Both the position numbers and the translations under genes were made by a program. DNA of 64,000 bases, taken from assembly GCA_001785445.1 (NCBI GenBank), contig MFTV01000016.1, positions 159,859 to 223,858 of the forward strand, in the 5' to 3' direction. Shown one piece after another: positions 20,000 to 28,194 of the stretch (the first letter of the stretch is position 1; each line of letters begins with the position of its first letter). The stretch comes from Candidatus Nomurabacteria bacterium RIFCSPHIGHO2_02_40_30 (GTDB lineage: Bacteria > Patescibacteriota > Minisyncoccia > Phycocordibacterales > UBA9973). The notes below the pieces were generated by a model that was not told where the DNA came from, made no database searches, and saw only the letters and a program-made list of their open reading frames with translations.

Positions 20000-20459
20000 T
20001 ACCTATATATTTGATAACCACTCGGCGAGTAGGACCAAACCCAACAGATTCGGTTTTAAGGTCTGTGGCATCAGAAAAAAATTCATGCACAATTCTGCGT
20101 TCAAAAGCCGACATCGGGTCGAATTCTATATTTGATTTAAAATATTTTGCTCTCTCTCTCATCATATGAGCCACTGCTCGAATGTTTTCTACACGCCTTT
20201 TTTGAAAACTATTTATATCAATCATAATTTCTGGCCACAAGTCTGACATGTGGCCTCTTTTATTTTCAACTATTCTGCGCACTAAATGATTTAGTGCGTA
20301 CAATGCCTCTCCTTCACGGCCTGTAAAAAAATTCGGTTCTTTTACCTCCACTCGATACCACGTGCTTTTCCCATCTTGTTCAATAGAAATCGAATCCATT
20401 CTTACCGTGGTTTTTTCAATAAGTTCTTTTATTAAATTTTGTATTTCAGTCTTGTCCAT
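19992..20459 (-). CDS. jag: Jag/KhpB-like RNA-binding protein (KH + R3H)
   Basis: TGREGEALYAL; PMSAFERRIVH; TESVG..RRVVI; follows yidC. Confidence 0.88.
   Translation of the reverse strand: MDKTEIQNLIKELIEKTTVRMDSISIEQDGKSTWYRVEVKEPNFFTGREGEALYALNHLVRRIVENKRGHMSDLWPEIMIDINSFQKRRVENIRAVAHMMRERAKYFKSNIEFDPMSAFERRIVHEFFSDATDLKTESVGFGPTRRVVIKYIGTI
20233..20255. repeat. Short GTCWGAC-centred palindrome in frame in jag (GHMSDLWP)
   Basis: ggccacaagtc-t-gacatgtggcc; closely matches 61944-61962. Confidence 0.65.
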
Positions 20460-20497
20460 ATATTTTTTATTTTACCTGTCCGGTAGTGAGCTTTGCT

Positions 20498-21226
20498 CTA
20501 CTGTTGGATAGCCAATACATTCTTACTTTTTCTTGTCTGGTATATTTGCTGACCTACAGCAAATATATTACTCGTAATCCAATAAAGTGCGATAGCGCCG
20601 GATATGCTATAGGCTATAAAAGCTACTACAAATGGAAATATATATTTCATTTGCATATTCATGCTTTTACCAAAGCTTTCCCCGAAAGAGCCGGTAGCGG
20701 CTCCTGAAGTCTTTGGCTGGGGCATAAAGTGAGCTTGAAGGTATTGAGAGATTCCGGCTAAAATTGCCAGAAATATACTCTTGCCACCAATATCAAGCAC
20801 TCCCAAGAAAGTCATATTCATGTGTTCCGGCACTTCTATGAAAGAGTAAAGAAGTCCGCTGTCGAAATTTATTCCTTTATAAAAAACATAATACAATGCG
20901 AAAATAATCGGAATTTGAATTAAAAGCAAAAGACACCCAGAGAATGGGTTAGTCTTATGTTTTTTATAAAGTTCAAATGTTAGCTTCGCTTGCTCCTCTT
21001 TTGATGCCCCGCTCATTTTGATTTTATTAAGCTCAGGAGACAGAGTTGTCATCGCTACTTGGCTCTCAATAGACTTTTGAGACAAAGGAAATAGTATTAG
21101 TTTGACTAAAATTGTGAGTATAACAACAGCTAAACCTACGTCCCCACCAGGAATATTAGAGATTAAAAAAGCCAAAGCGTTGATTAGCGGCTTATATAAA
21201 AGCGCGTCCCAAATATTTGAAAGCAT
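20498..21226 (-). CDS. yidC: Membrane protein insertase YidC
   Basis: ILTILVKLILFPL, NPFSGCL..LIQIPI, ALYWITSN. Confidence 0.93.
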   Translation of the reverse strand: MLSNIWDALLYKPLINALAFLISNIPGGDVGLAVVILTILVKLILFPLSQKSIESQVAMTTLSPELNKIKMSGASKEEQAKLTFELYKKHKTNPFSGCLLLLIQIPIIFALYYVFYKGINFDSGLLYSFIEVPEHMNMTFLGVLDIGGKSIFLAILAGISQYLQAHFMPQPKTSGAATGSFGESFGKSMNMQMKYIFPFVVAFIAYSISGAIALYWITSNIFAVGQQIYQTRKSKNVLAIQQ

Positions 21227-21271
21227 TATCTTATCTTATAGTAAAATGCCGAAAAGTCCAATATTTTAGTA

Positions 21272-21487
21272 TTATTTTACTGGGTCGATATGATTTTTCT
21301 GCCATGGGTGGCAGCGTAAGATGCGGGCAAGTCCTAGATAAGAGCCCTTGATAGCCCCGTACTTATTTATGGCATCTTTAGCGTACTTTGAACATGAAGG
21401 ATAAAATACACAACTTGGCTTTAAAAGAAAAGATATATACTTCTTGTAAAAATCAATTAATTTTACTAAATATATTTTTGATTTCAT
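21272..21487 (-). CDS. yidD: Membrane protein insertion efficiency factor YidD
   Basis: CVFYPSCSKY, RILRCHPW; start probably 21487. Confidence 0.9.
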   Translation of the reverse strand: MKSKIYLVKLIDFYKKYISFLLKPSCVFYPSCSKYAKDAINKYGAIKGSYLGLARILRCHPWQKNHIDPVK

Positions 21488-21779
21488 TTTCCAGTATGAT
21501 GTTATCATCTTGATATTTTCTAAAAATAAAGGCCCCTACTATATATTTCGGCACTTTGGTAATATATTTTTTTAAAATTACGTAACCTTTTCTTCGGAGG
21601 AGATTTCTTTCAACTGCCAGTTTGGCAATATTTTTCGGGGCAATAAAAGATATTCTGGGCGTACTGGAATTTTTATTTTTAATAAATTTAAAAGTTAAAC
21701 TAGGAGAAGTCAAAAACTTTCCTTCTTTAAAGATTTTCTCTACTGCCTTTGTGTCGGCTCTATTTTTCTTCTTGAGCAT
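21453..21779 (-). CDS. rnpA: Ribonuclease P protein component
   Basis: MLKKKNR, KLAVERNLLRR; between rpmH and yidD. Confidence 0.88.
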   Translation of the reverse strand: MLKKKNRADTKAVEKIFKEGKFLTSPSLTFKFIKNKNSSTPRISFIAPKNIAKLAVERNLLRRKGYVILKKYITKVPKYIVGAFIFRKYQDDNIILENEIKNIFSKIN

Positions 21780-21780
21780 G

Positions 21781-21915
21781 TTAGACCGAGAGTTTTTTCC
21801 TGCCTTTTTGACGCCTTCTTTTTAACACCGAGCTGCCAGTTTTAGTTCTGGACCTCACCAAAAACCCGTGAGATTTAGCTCTCTTTCTTTTTTTAGGTTG
21901 ATATGTGAATGACAT
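21781..21915 (-). CDS. rpmH: 50S ribosomal protein L34 (missing from the ORF track)
   Basis: Manual translation [44 protein letters not shown]. Confidence 0.95.
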   Translation of the reverse strand: MSFTYQPKKRKRAKSHGFLVRSRTKTGSSVLKRRRQKGRKKLSV

Positions 21916-21951
21916 GGGTTAAATATACAGTATTGCAGGCAATAAATCAAA

Positions 21952-22551
21952 TTATGATTTTTTCTCCAAGGCTTTGGACTTGGTGACTATTTCGTCAACT
22001 AGGCCGTACTTTTTCGCCTCCTCGGCATCCATGAAGAAGTCTCTCTCCACGTCCTTTTCTATTTGGGCTAAGGACTTGCCGGTATTCTTGGCGAGTAATT
22101 TATTTAGATTGTCCCGTGTTTTCAAGATGTGTTTGGCGGTAATGGCAATGTCTGTGGCCTGACCCTCCACTCCACCCATAGGCTGATGAATCATAACCTC
22201 CGCATTCGGCAGAATAAAACGCTTACCTTTTTTCCCAGCGGAAAGAATAATTGCTCCGCCGGAAGCGGCGAGACCGACACAAAAAGTGGAAATGTCTGGA
22301 CGCACATGATTCATAGTGTCTACTATGGCCATAGTAGAGGTGACTGAACCACCAGGGGAATTTATATAAAGGAAAATGTCCTTTTTTGCGTCTTCAGACT
22401 CTAGGAAAAGGAGCTGTGCAATGACGATATTAGCCGTATGGTCGTCAATCGGTCCGCCCAGGAATATAATTCGTTCGCGCAAAAGCCGCGAATAAATATC
22501 ATACGCCCGCTCTCCAAACTGTGATTTTTCTATTACTGTGGGTATCAACAT
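21952..22551 (-). CDS. clpP: ATP-dependent Clp protease proteolytic subunit
   Basis: [36 protein letters not shown]; start at MLIPTV. Confidence 0.96.
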   Translation of the reverse strand: MLIPTVIEKSQFGERAYDIYSRLLRERIIFLGGPIDDHTANIVIAQLLFLESEDAKKDIFLYINSPGGSVTSTMAIVDTMNHVRPDISTFCVGLAASGGAIILSAGKKGKRFILPNAEVMIHQPMGGVEGQATDIAITAKHILKTRDNLNKLLAKNTGKSLAQIEKDVERDFFMDAEEAKKYGLVDEIVTKSKALEKKS

Positions 22552-22581
22552 ACGCCCAGTATACCTGAATTCAATAAGCAA

Positions 22582-22610
22582 TTGCAAACTTTTTCAAGTT
22601 GTGCTAACAT
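22582..22610 (+). promoter_or_regulatory. Promoter for the leader ORF and downstream operon
   Basis: TTGCAA-N17-TAACAT with TGn extension, 8 nt upstream of ATG 22619. Confidence 0.55.
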
Positions 22611-22618
22611 CCTAAGCA

Positions 22619-22735
22619 ATGTATCAGAACGCCCACAAGCCAAACATCTGCCCAAACTATATAAATATTCTTTCCGTTTCCGTTTTATTAAAAACCCCAG
22701 AAGGGGTTATTTTTTTATCAATTAACAAACAATAA
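22619..22735 (+). CDS. Putative Asn-rich leader peptide
   Basis: MYQNAHKPNICPNYINILSVSVLLKTPEGVIFLSINKQ*; 4 Asn in the first 16 codons; stop ends 1 nt before the next ATG. Confidence 0.5.
   Translation: MYQNAHKPNICPNYINILSVSVLLKTPEGVIFLSINKQ
22693..22716 (+). terminator. Terminator/attenuator hairpin within the leader
   Basis: aacccc-agaa-ggggtt followed by attttttt. Confidence 0.6.
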
Positions 22736-22736
22736 A

Positions 22737-23582
22737 ATGATACATGGCTACATAGGAGAAAAAGATATTATAAGTTTTAGCGAGATTGTAAACAAAATGC
22801 GAACTTTTTGTTTACAAAAAGGTTTTGTGGAAGTGAATACTCAAGACAGGCTTTCTATTCTGGCTGCTTGTGAAGACCCTACGACAGTAGCCACTTATAA
22901 TTACGCAGGGGAAGTTTGGCCATTGCCACAGACAGGACAGATGTGGCTTGAATATGAACTTCTGACTCGCCCAGAATTACCAGGAGTATTCTGTGTCAGT
23001 ACAAGTTTTAGAAATGAAAAAAATCCGATTCCCGGACGTCATAGAATCATATTTCCGATGTTTGAGTTTGAGTTGAAAGGAACTTTACCGGAGTTGGAAA
23101 AATTCGAAATTGAACTTTTAGAATACCTAGGTTTTGGTGCTCGGAAAACTTTTTTCCACAAATCCTATGATGAATTGAAAGAATATTATGGAGTAGAAGA
23201 ATTGAAGACCGAACACGAAAATAAAATGCTCGCCGATTTCGGACCTGTCGTCTTTTGTAAAGAATTTCCTTCTTTTACTTCTCCTTTTTGGAATATGAGA
23301 AGGAAAAATAAAGAATATGCAGAAAAAATAGATGTAATTATGTATGGCAATGAAACCATTGGCTCTGCCGAGAGAAGTACCAACCCAGAAGAAATGAGAG
23401 AAGAATTTCATAGTATTAGCGGAGGTGAATATGCTGATTTGCTTTATAATTTATTTGGACAGGAAAGAGTGGAAAAGGAATTAAATGAATTTTTGTCACT
23501 AAAATTCTTTCCGCGTTGTGGTGGTGGTATTGGCATGACTCGTATCATAGCTGCCAATGAAAAATTAAAAGAAAGTAGATAA
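22737..23582 (+). CDS. Class II Asn/Asp-tRNA synthetase catalytic-domain paralog (asparagine synthetase-like), no anticodon-binding domain
   Basis: LPQTGQMWLE, motif 2 FRNE..RH..F.MFEFE, ETIGSAER, motif 3 PRCGGGIGMTR; only 281 aa. Confidence 0.8.
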   Translation: MIHGYIGEKDIISFSEIVNKMRTFCLQKGFVEVNTQDRLSILAACEDPTTVATYNYAGEVWPLPQTGQMWLEYELLTRPELPGVFCVSTSFRNEKNPIPGRHRIIFPMFEFELKGTLPELEKFEIELLEYLGFGARKTFFHKSYDELKEYYGVEELKTEHENKMLADFGPVVFCKEFPSFTSPFWNMRRKNKEYAEKIDVIMYGNETIGSAERSTNPEEMREEFHSISGGEYADLLYNLFGQERVEKELNEFLSLKFFPRCGGGIGMTRIIAANEKLKESR

Positions 23583-23586
23583 AATT

Positions 23587-24789
23587 ATGAAAAAAATCTG
23601 GGACAGGGGAGTAGCAAAAAAAACTGACAGCAAAACAAGTCAGGTCGTCGAAGACTATACTGTCGGCATAGATTATCTGCTTGATTTGGAACTCTTGCCA
23701 TATGACATAATGGCGAGCATGGCTCATGCGAAGATGTTGCACAAAATAAAGATACTAAATTCACAAGAATTAAAAACTTTAATTACAGGATTAAATAAAA
23801 TTTTATCTCTCTCCAAAGTGGGGAAATTTAAGATTGATAAATCACAAGAAGATGGACATACTGCCATAGAAGCTTATTTAACAGAGCATTGTGGCATTGT
23901 GGGCAAGAAAGTGCACACTGGTCGTTCGAGGAACGACCAAGCCTTGGTTACGGTGCGTCTTTTCAGTAAAGAAAAACTTTTGGAAATTAAAAAGCAAGTT
24001 GAAGATTTAATAAAGGCTCTTGAAGGTCAAATCAAAAAACAAGGCAAAATAAAAATGCCGGGCTATACTCACATGCAAAGAGCTATGCCTAGCTCTGTCG
24101 GCATGTTGCTGGCATCTTACCACGACAGCTTAGAGGACGATCTTATATTAATAGATGCAATTTCAAAAATTATTGACCAGAATCCATTGGGGTCTGCGGC
24201 CGGTTATGGAGAAAATATCTTAGGGCTTGATAGGAAATTTACCACCAAAGAATTAAATTTCAAAAGAGTGCAAGAAAATCCTATTTATTGCGCATTGTCT
24301 CGCGGCAAATTCGAGAATCTTGTATTGCAGGCAATATCGAGTGTTATGTTTGACATAGGTAAAATTGCGAGCGATTTGCTTCTTTTTACCACGAAAGAAT
24401 TCGATTTCTTTACCTTGCCGGACTCTTTCAAAACAGGCTCTAGCATAATGCCCCAGAAGAAAAACTACGATGTTCTGGAATTAATAAGAGGGAATATAGC
24501 TATTTTTAACGGTTACCAGCATCAAATAGAAAATGTGATTAAGAATTTATTTTCTGGCTACAACAGAGACTTTCAGCTTACCAAAGAGCCGTATATAAAA
24601 GGTATGAAACTCGCCCTTGATACAATAAGAGTTATGACTCTTGTGGTAAAAAATTTAGAAGCAAAGAAAAAAAATCTGGAAAGTGCCTGCACGCCAGAGC
24701 TTTATGCCACAGATGAAGCTTTAAGATTGGTTAAAAAAGGAAAAAGCTTCCGAGAAGCTTATCAAGAGGTAAAAGAAAAATTTTATTAA
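23587..24789 (+). CDS. argH: Argininosuccinate lyase-family protein
   Basis: HTGRSRNDQ, MPGYTHMQRA, GSSIMPQKKN, SGYNRD. Confidence 0.88.
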   Translation: MKKIWDRGVAKKTDSKTSQVVEDYTVGIDYLLDLELLPYDIMASMAHAKMLHKIKILNSQELKTLITGLNKILSLSKVGKFKIDKSQEDGHTAIEAYLTEHCGIVGKKVHTGRSRNDQALVTVRLFSKEKLLEIKKQVEDLIKALEGQIKKQGKIKMPGYTHMQRAMPSSVGMLLASYHDSLEDDLILIDAISKIIDQNPLGSAAGYGENILGLDRKFTTKELNFKRVQENPIYCALSRGKFENLVLQAISSVMFDIGKIASDLLLFTTKEFDFFTLPDSFKTGSSIMPQKKNYDVLELIRGNIAIFNGYQHQIENVIKNLFSGYNRDFQLTKEPYIKGMKLALDTIRVMTLVVKNLEAKKKNLESACTPELYATDEALRLVKKGKSFREAYQEVKEKFY

Positions 24790-24794
24790 TAGTT

Positions 24795-24884
24795 TAAGTT
24801 TCCAGTCAAAAATTCCTGCGTCTTCGCCCTCGGAGACAAAAGGACAGGGAACCCACGACGCTTAAAATTTTTACTAGAAACTTA
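24795..24884. repeat. Palindromic mini-element between argH and the deaminase gene
   Basis: IR taagtttccagtcaaaaatt/aatttttactagaaactta; inner gcgtc/gacgc and ccct/aggg stems. Confidence 0.75.
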
Positions 24885-24891
24885 CAAATAT

Positions 24892-25866
24892 ATGAAAAAT
24901 CCTTGGGACTTAAAAACACAAATGTTGGAAGCCATCAAACAAAACGGAGGTTTTGTTAACTGCCACGCGCATTTTGACAAATCGTACTACATTACCCGTG
25001 AAGGCTTAGATCAAGCTATGGTGAGCATGGAAACAAAATGGCGCATGAGTGACGGGATAAAGCGTTCTTCCAGTGTCGAAGAAATAAAAGAAAGAATTCG
25101 CCGAGCACTCGATAACTTGGTCATGCAGGGGTGCAAGCTTACCTGCACTTTCGTGGATGCGTATGACGCGGTGGGGCATAAAGCCATAGAAGCAGCCAAT
25201 GTTGTGAAGGAAGAATATAAAGATAAAATTACCATGATTACAATTACCCAGCCACTTGGTGGGCTCGTGGATGATAATGCCCGCGCTTTATATGAAGACA
25301 TTACCGCCAAGGCAGATATTGCCGGTGCCTTACCTTCTAAGGATCGTCCCAATCATGAGGCGCACCTGGATCATCTTTTTAGTATTGCTAAAAAGTTTAA
25401 CAAGCCTGTGCATGTGCATATTGACCAAGAAAATAATCCAAATGAACGAGACATGGAGCTTTTAATTGATGCAGTCAAGCGCCACGGCTATCAAGGCAGA
25501 ACTGTAGCCATACATGCCATCTCGGTTTCAGCCCAGCCCAAGGAATACCGTATGAAAATTTACAAAGAAATGGCCGAGCTTGGGATAGCTGTCGTCGTGT
25601 GTCCTTCGGCAGCTCTGTCAATGCGACAACTCGACCAATATAATGCTCCGGTGCATAATTCCATTGCCAATGTTCCGGAAATGATTGAAGCGGGGATCTT
25701 GGTGGGCCTCGGGGTGGACAATATAGCCGACTTCTATGAACCTTTTGTGGACGGCGATATGTGGACAGAGTTGCGCTTACTTCAGGAAGCCTGCCGGTAT
25801 TACAATCTCGATGAGTTGGTCAAAATCGCCTCAGTAAACGGAGCAAAAATTCTAGCCTATAAGTAA
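24892..25866 (+). CDS. Amidohydrolase-superfamily deaminase (cytosine deaminase-like)
   Basis: NCHAHFDK, HVHID, AIHA, GLGVDN metal-ligand motifs. Confidence 0.85.
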   Translation: MKNPWDLKTQMLEAIKQNGGFVNCHAHFDKSYYITREGLDQAMVSMETKWRMSDGIKRSSSVEEIKERIRRALDNLVMQGCKLTCTFVDAYDAVGHKAIEAANVVKEEYKDKITMITITQPLGGLVDDNARALYEDITAKADIAGALPSKDRPNHEAHLDHLFSIAKKFNKPVHVHIDQENNPNERDMELLIDAVKRHGYQGRTVAIHAISVSAQPKEYRMKIYKEMAELGIAVVVCPSAALSMRQLDQYNAPVHNSIANVPEMIEAGILVGLGVDNIADFYEPFVDGDMWTELRLLQEACRYYNLDELVKIASVNGAKILAYK

Positions 25867-25867
25867 A

Positions 25868-25980
25868 AACTCTTTGCTAAGTACTTTTTGCAGGGGTTTT
25901 GAGGCTGACGAGCCGAAAACTTCAGGATTTTTTAAGCTTCAAAAAATCCGTACCGGAAAAAAGTTATTTAGCAAAGAGTT
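25868..25980 (+). repeat. Palindromic mini-element (family A) between convergent genes
   Basis: 13-bp IR aactctttgctaa/ttagcaaagagtt around a 64-nt core 56/64 identical to the core of 53602-53720. Confidence 0.9.
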
Positions 25981-27039
25981 CTACTGACTTTCTAAAAACT
26001 GGAAGATTTTTTCGTTAGTGAGGACATTCTCGGCATGCATGCGGGCGCGCTCGGGATCGGCATCTTTGTAGTGTTCCAGAATAGTCGCCACTTCTTTGGT
26101 CACTTGCTCTTCGTCGGCCACTATTTTTTCCACTTTAGAAATTTCATTTAAAATGAGGGCCAGCTTGGCTTTTTTCTCGGCATCGTTTCTGAATTCTTTA
26201 CGCAAATCTTCTTTGGTTTTATTCAAGTGCTTTAAATAGTCTTCAAATTTTAGCCCCATTTGGGTAATGTCTGATTCCATTCGGTATAAAATTTTATCCA
26301 GCTCAATTTGCAGTAGAATTTCAGGCAGTTCCATGCTGCTATCATCAATTATTTTATCAATGATTTTCAATCTCGTCTTTTCTTTGTGAGTATTTTCTTT
26401 TTCCAACTTAATATTTTCTTTAAGTTTTATTTTGAAGTCTTCCACATTTTTAAATGGTCCAAGTGCTTGAACAAATTCATCGTTAAAAGGAGGCAACTCT
26501 GGTTCTATACTTTTTTCTTTTTCATCTACAGATGCCCCTTCTGTCATGTGCACCTTTGGCGCCCGGGACTTCCTGATGTCCATAATGGTATTTTCTACAT
26601 CTTCGTCTGATACTTCAAGGTCAGACCTTTTTAAATTCCCAAGTTCTGACCTTAGGATGCCTTTTGCTATATCTTTATATTTAGGCAGTTTAATCTCCGG
26701 CAGTATAGCTGTCTTAATTTTGAAACCTAGTGGATTTTTACGTGCCAATTTTGTAACAGAAACTTCCGGTCTGCTTATGGCATCCAGTTTCTCACTCTCA
26801 ACTATTTTAGGGTAATGTTCAGCAAGCGCCAACTCCGCCATCTCTTCCAAGATACGAATCTCTGGGATTTTTGAGATAAGTACATTCTCCGGTATTTTGC
26901 CCTTTCTGAACCCGTCCAAGTCTAAACTATCACCAAGCCGTTTAAGTGCTTTCCCAAAATAGCTTTCTAAAGTTTCAGCGTCGAGTTCTCCCTCTATTTC
27001 TACTTCACTTTTTGGTAATTTTTTTACTGATACTTTCAT
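25981..27039 (-). CDS. tig: Trigger factor (appears to lack most of the FKBP domain)
   Basis: GFRKGKIP ribosome-binding motif; ELPPFNDEF; helical C-terminal domain. Confidence 0.9.
   Translation of the reverse strand: MKVSVKKLPKSEVEIEGELDAETLESYFGKALKRLGDSLDLDGFRKGKIPENVLISKIPEIRILEEMAELALAEHYPKIVESEKLDAISRPEVSVTKLARKNPLGFKIKTAILPEIKLPKYKDIAKGILRSELGNLKRSDLEVSDEDVENTIMDIRKSRAPKVHMTEGASVDEKEKSIEPELPPFNDEFVQALGPFKNVEDFKIKLKENIKLEKENTHKEKTRLKIIDKIIDDSSMELPEILLQIELDKILYRMESDITQMGLKFEDYLKHLNKTKEDLRKEFRNDAEKKAKLALILNEISKVEKIVADEEQVTKEVATILEHYKDADPERARMHAENVLTNEKIFQFLESQ
26617..26653. repeat. Pair of AAGGTCWGACCTT palindromes in frame in tig (RSELGNLKRSDL)
   Basis: aaggtcagacctt (26617-26629) and aagttctgacctt (26641-26653). 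Confidence 0.7.
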
Positions 27040-27269
27040 TACTGTACGCTATCTACGTCCACACCCGTACTGGTGTCTGTTGCCTCTAATTCCGCATCTA
27101 GATTATCAAGGTCGGAAGCATCTTCTTCAGTTACATTTTCTGCCTGTATTTTCTTTTCCTCTATTGCTTTTTGGTTTGCTTGCCACATATATATTCCGCC
27201 AACCACGAGAATAATTATTATTATAATTAATCCTACGAATGCGCCATTTGATTTTTTGTCAGGTTCCAT
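27039..27269 (-). CDS. Small single-TM hypothetical protein
   Basis: GLIIIIIILVVGGIYMW followed by an acidic tail. Confidence 0.75.
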   Translation of the reverse strand: MEPDKKSNGAFVGLIIIIIILVVGGIYMWQANQKAIEEKKIQAENVTEEDASDLDNLDAELEATDTSTGVDVDSVQ

Positions 27270-27286
27270 AAAAATTTAGTTAAAAT

Positions 27287-28153
27287 TTATAATGTGGTTT
27301 CCACTTTCATTTTTAATGCATCCCTCAACGACTTGATTGCGTCGTTCAAAGACTGATGCGCATTCTTTAATAATGTTTGTGTATCTTGCGCCAATGTTCG
27401 CAATGTTGTCCTGTTTTCAGTTGAAAGTTCGTCAATCGAAAGAGATAGTAAGGCATTTGCTTCTGCAATTTTTGTTTTTGCCTCATTTAATTTAGCTTCT
27501 GCCGTAGCTACAAAACTTAGGGCTGTCGTCACATCTACTCCTTTAGCTTCCAGCTTGGTTACTTGGGTATTAACCTTATCTTTGAGTTTACTGATTCTTT
27601 CAACAGCTGTGTCGAATCTTTCAAGAGCTTTTTCTCGTCCCAGCACCCTAGTTTCTTTTATTTTTGCCTTGACTGCATCTTTCTCGTCTTTGATTTTAGC
27701 TCGGAGGTCTTCCATTTTTTGCTTGGCCTCCTCTCTTTTTACTTCTATTACTTTTTTTACTTCTTCCCTTTTAGTCTTCATTTCAGTGCGTATTGCTTCA
27801 CGCTTCTCTTTCATCTCTGTGTTGAAAGCCTCTCTCTTTGTTTGCATTTCTTTTCTCACTTCCTCTCTTCCATCTTTCACTTTGTCTTTAGCTGCTTCTC
27901 TAACTGTTTTTATTTCAGCTTGGTTCGCTTCACGTCTGGCTTTTAAGTCAGCCTGAACTTGCATTTGGGCTTTTAGGCGCGCATCTGCATCTGCTCTTCT
28001 TTTTTGCGCCGGAGTCGTAACAGCTCCTATATTTGTTTCCGCAGTTACATTGGTGGTAGCAGAAACTTCCGCGTTTTCTTCGGCATATATAGTGTGTGCG
28101 TTCAAAACAAGTATTATTGCTAAAGGAATAAACAAAGTTAAATATTTTTTCAT
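27287..28153 (-). CDS. Secreted coiled-coil hypothetical protein
   Basis: Signal peptide; K/E/R-rich repeats (EMQTKREA, EMKEKREA, EMKTKREE). Confidence 0.8.
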   Translation of the reverse strand: MKKYLTLFIPLAIILVLNAHTIYAEENAEVSATTNVTAETNIGAVTTPAQKRRADADARLKAQMQVQADLKARREANQAEIKTVREAAKDKVKDGREEVRKEMQTKREAFNTEMKEKREAIRTEMKTKREEVKKVIEVKREEAKQKMEDLRAKIKDEKDAVKAKIKETRVLGREKALERFDTAVERISKLKDKVNTQVTKLEAKGVDVTTALSFVATAEAKLNEAKTKIAEANALLSLSIDELSTENRTTLRTLAQDTQTLLKNAHQSLNDAIKSLRDALKMKVETTL

Positions 28154-28194
28154 AAGTATTTTAGTATTAAACTATTAATAATAGACCTAGCCTA

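Noticed and set aside
19992-21950. oriC beside the rpmH-rnpA-yidC-jag cluster
   Set aside because: clpP, not dnaA, lies upstream, and no DnaA-box cluster is seen.
22737-23582. EF-P lysyl ligase EpmA or a functional AsnRS
   Set aside because: The motif LPQTGQMWLE is Asn/AspRS-like rather than EpmA-like (TSPE), and the anticodon-binding domain is absent.
25903-25925. CTGACGAG..GAAA resembles a hammerhead ribozyme core (also ctgatga at 14773)
   Set aside because: There is no room for stem II. The second copy changes these bases while keeping a GACG-loop hairpin, and the 14773 site has no following GAAA.
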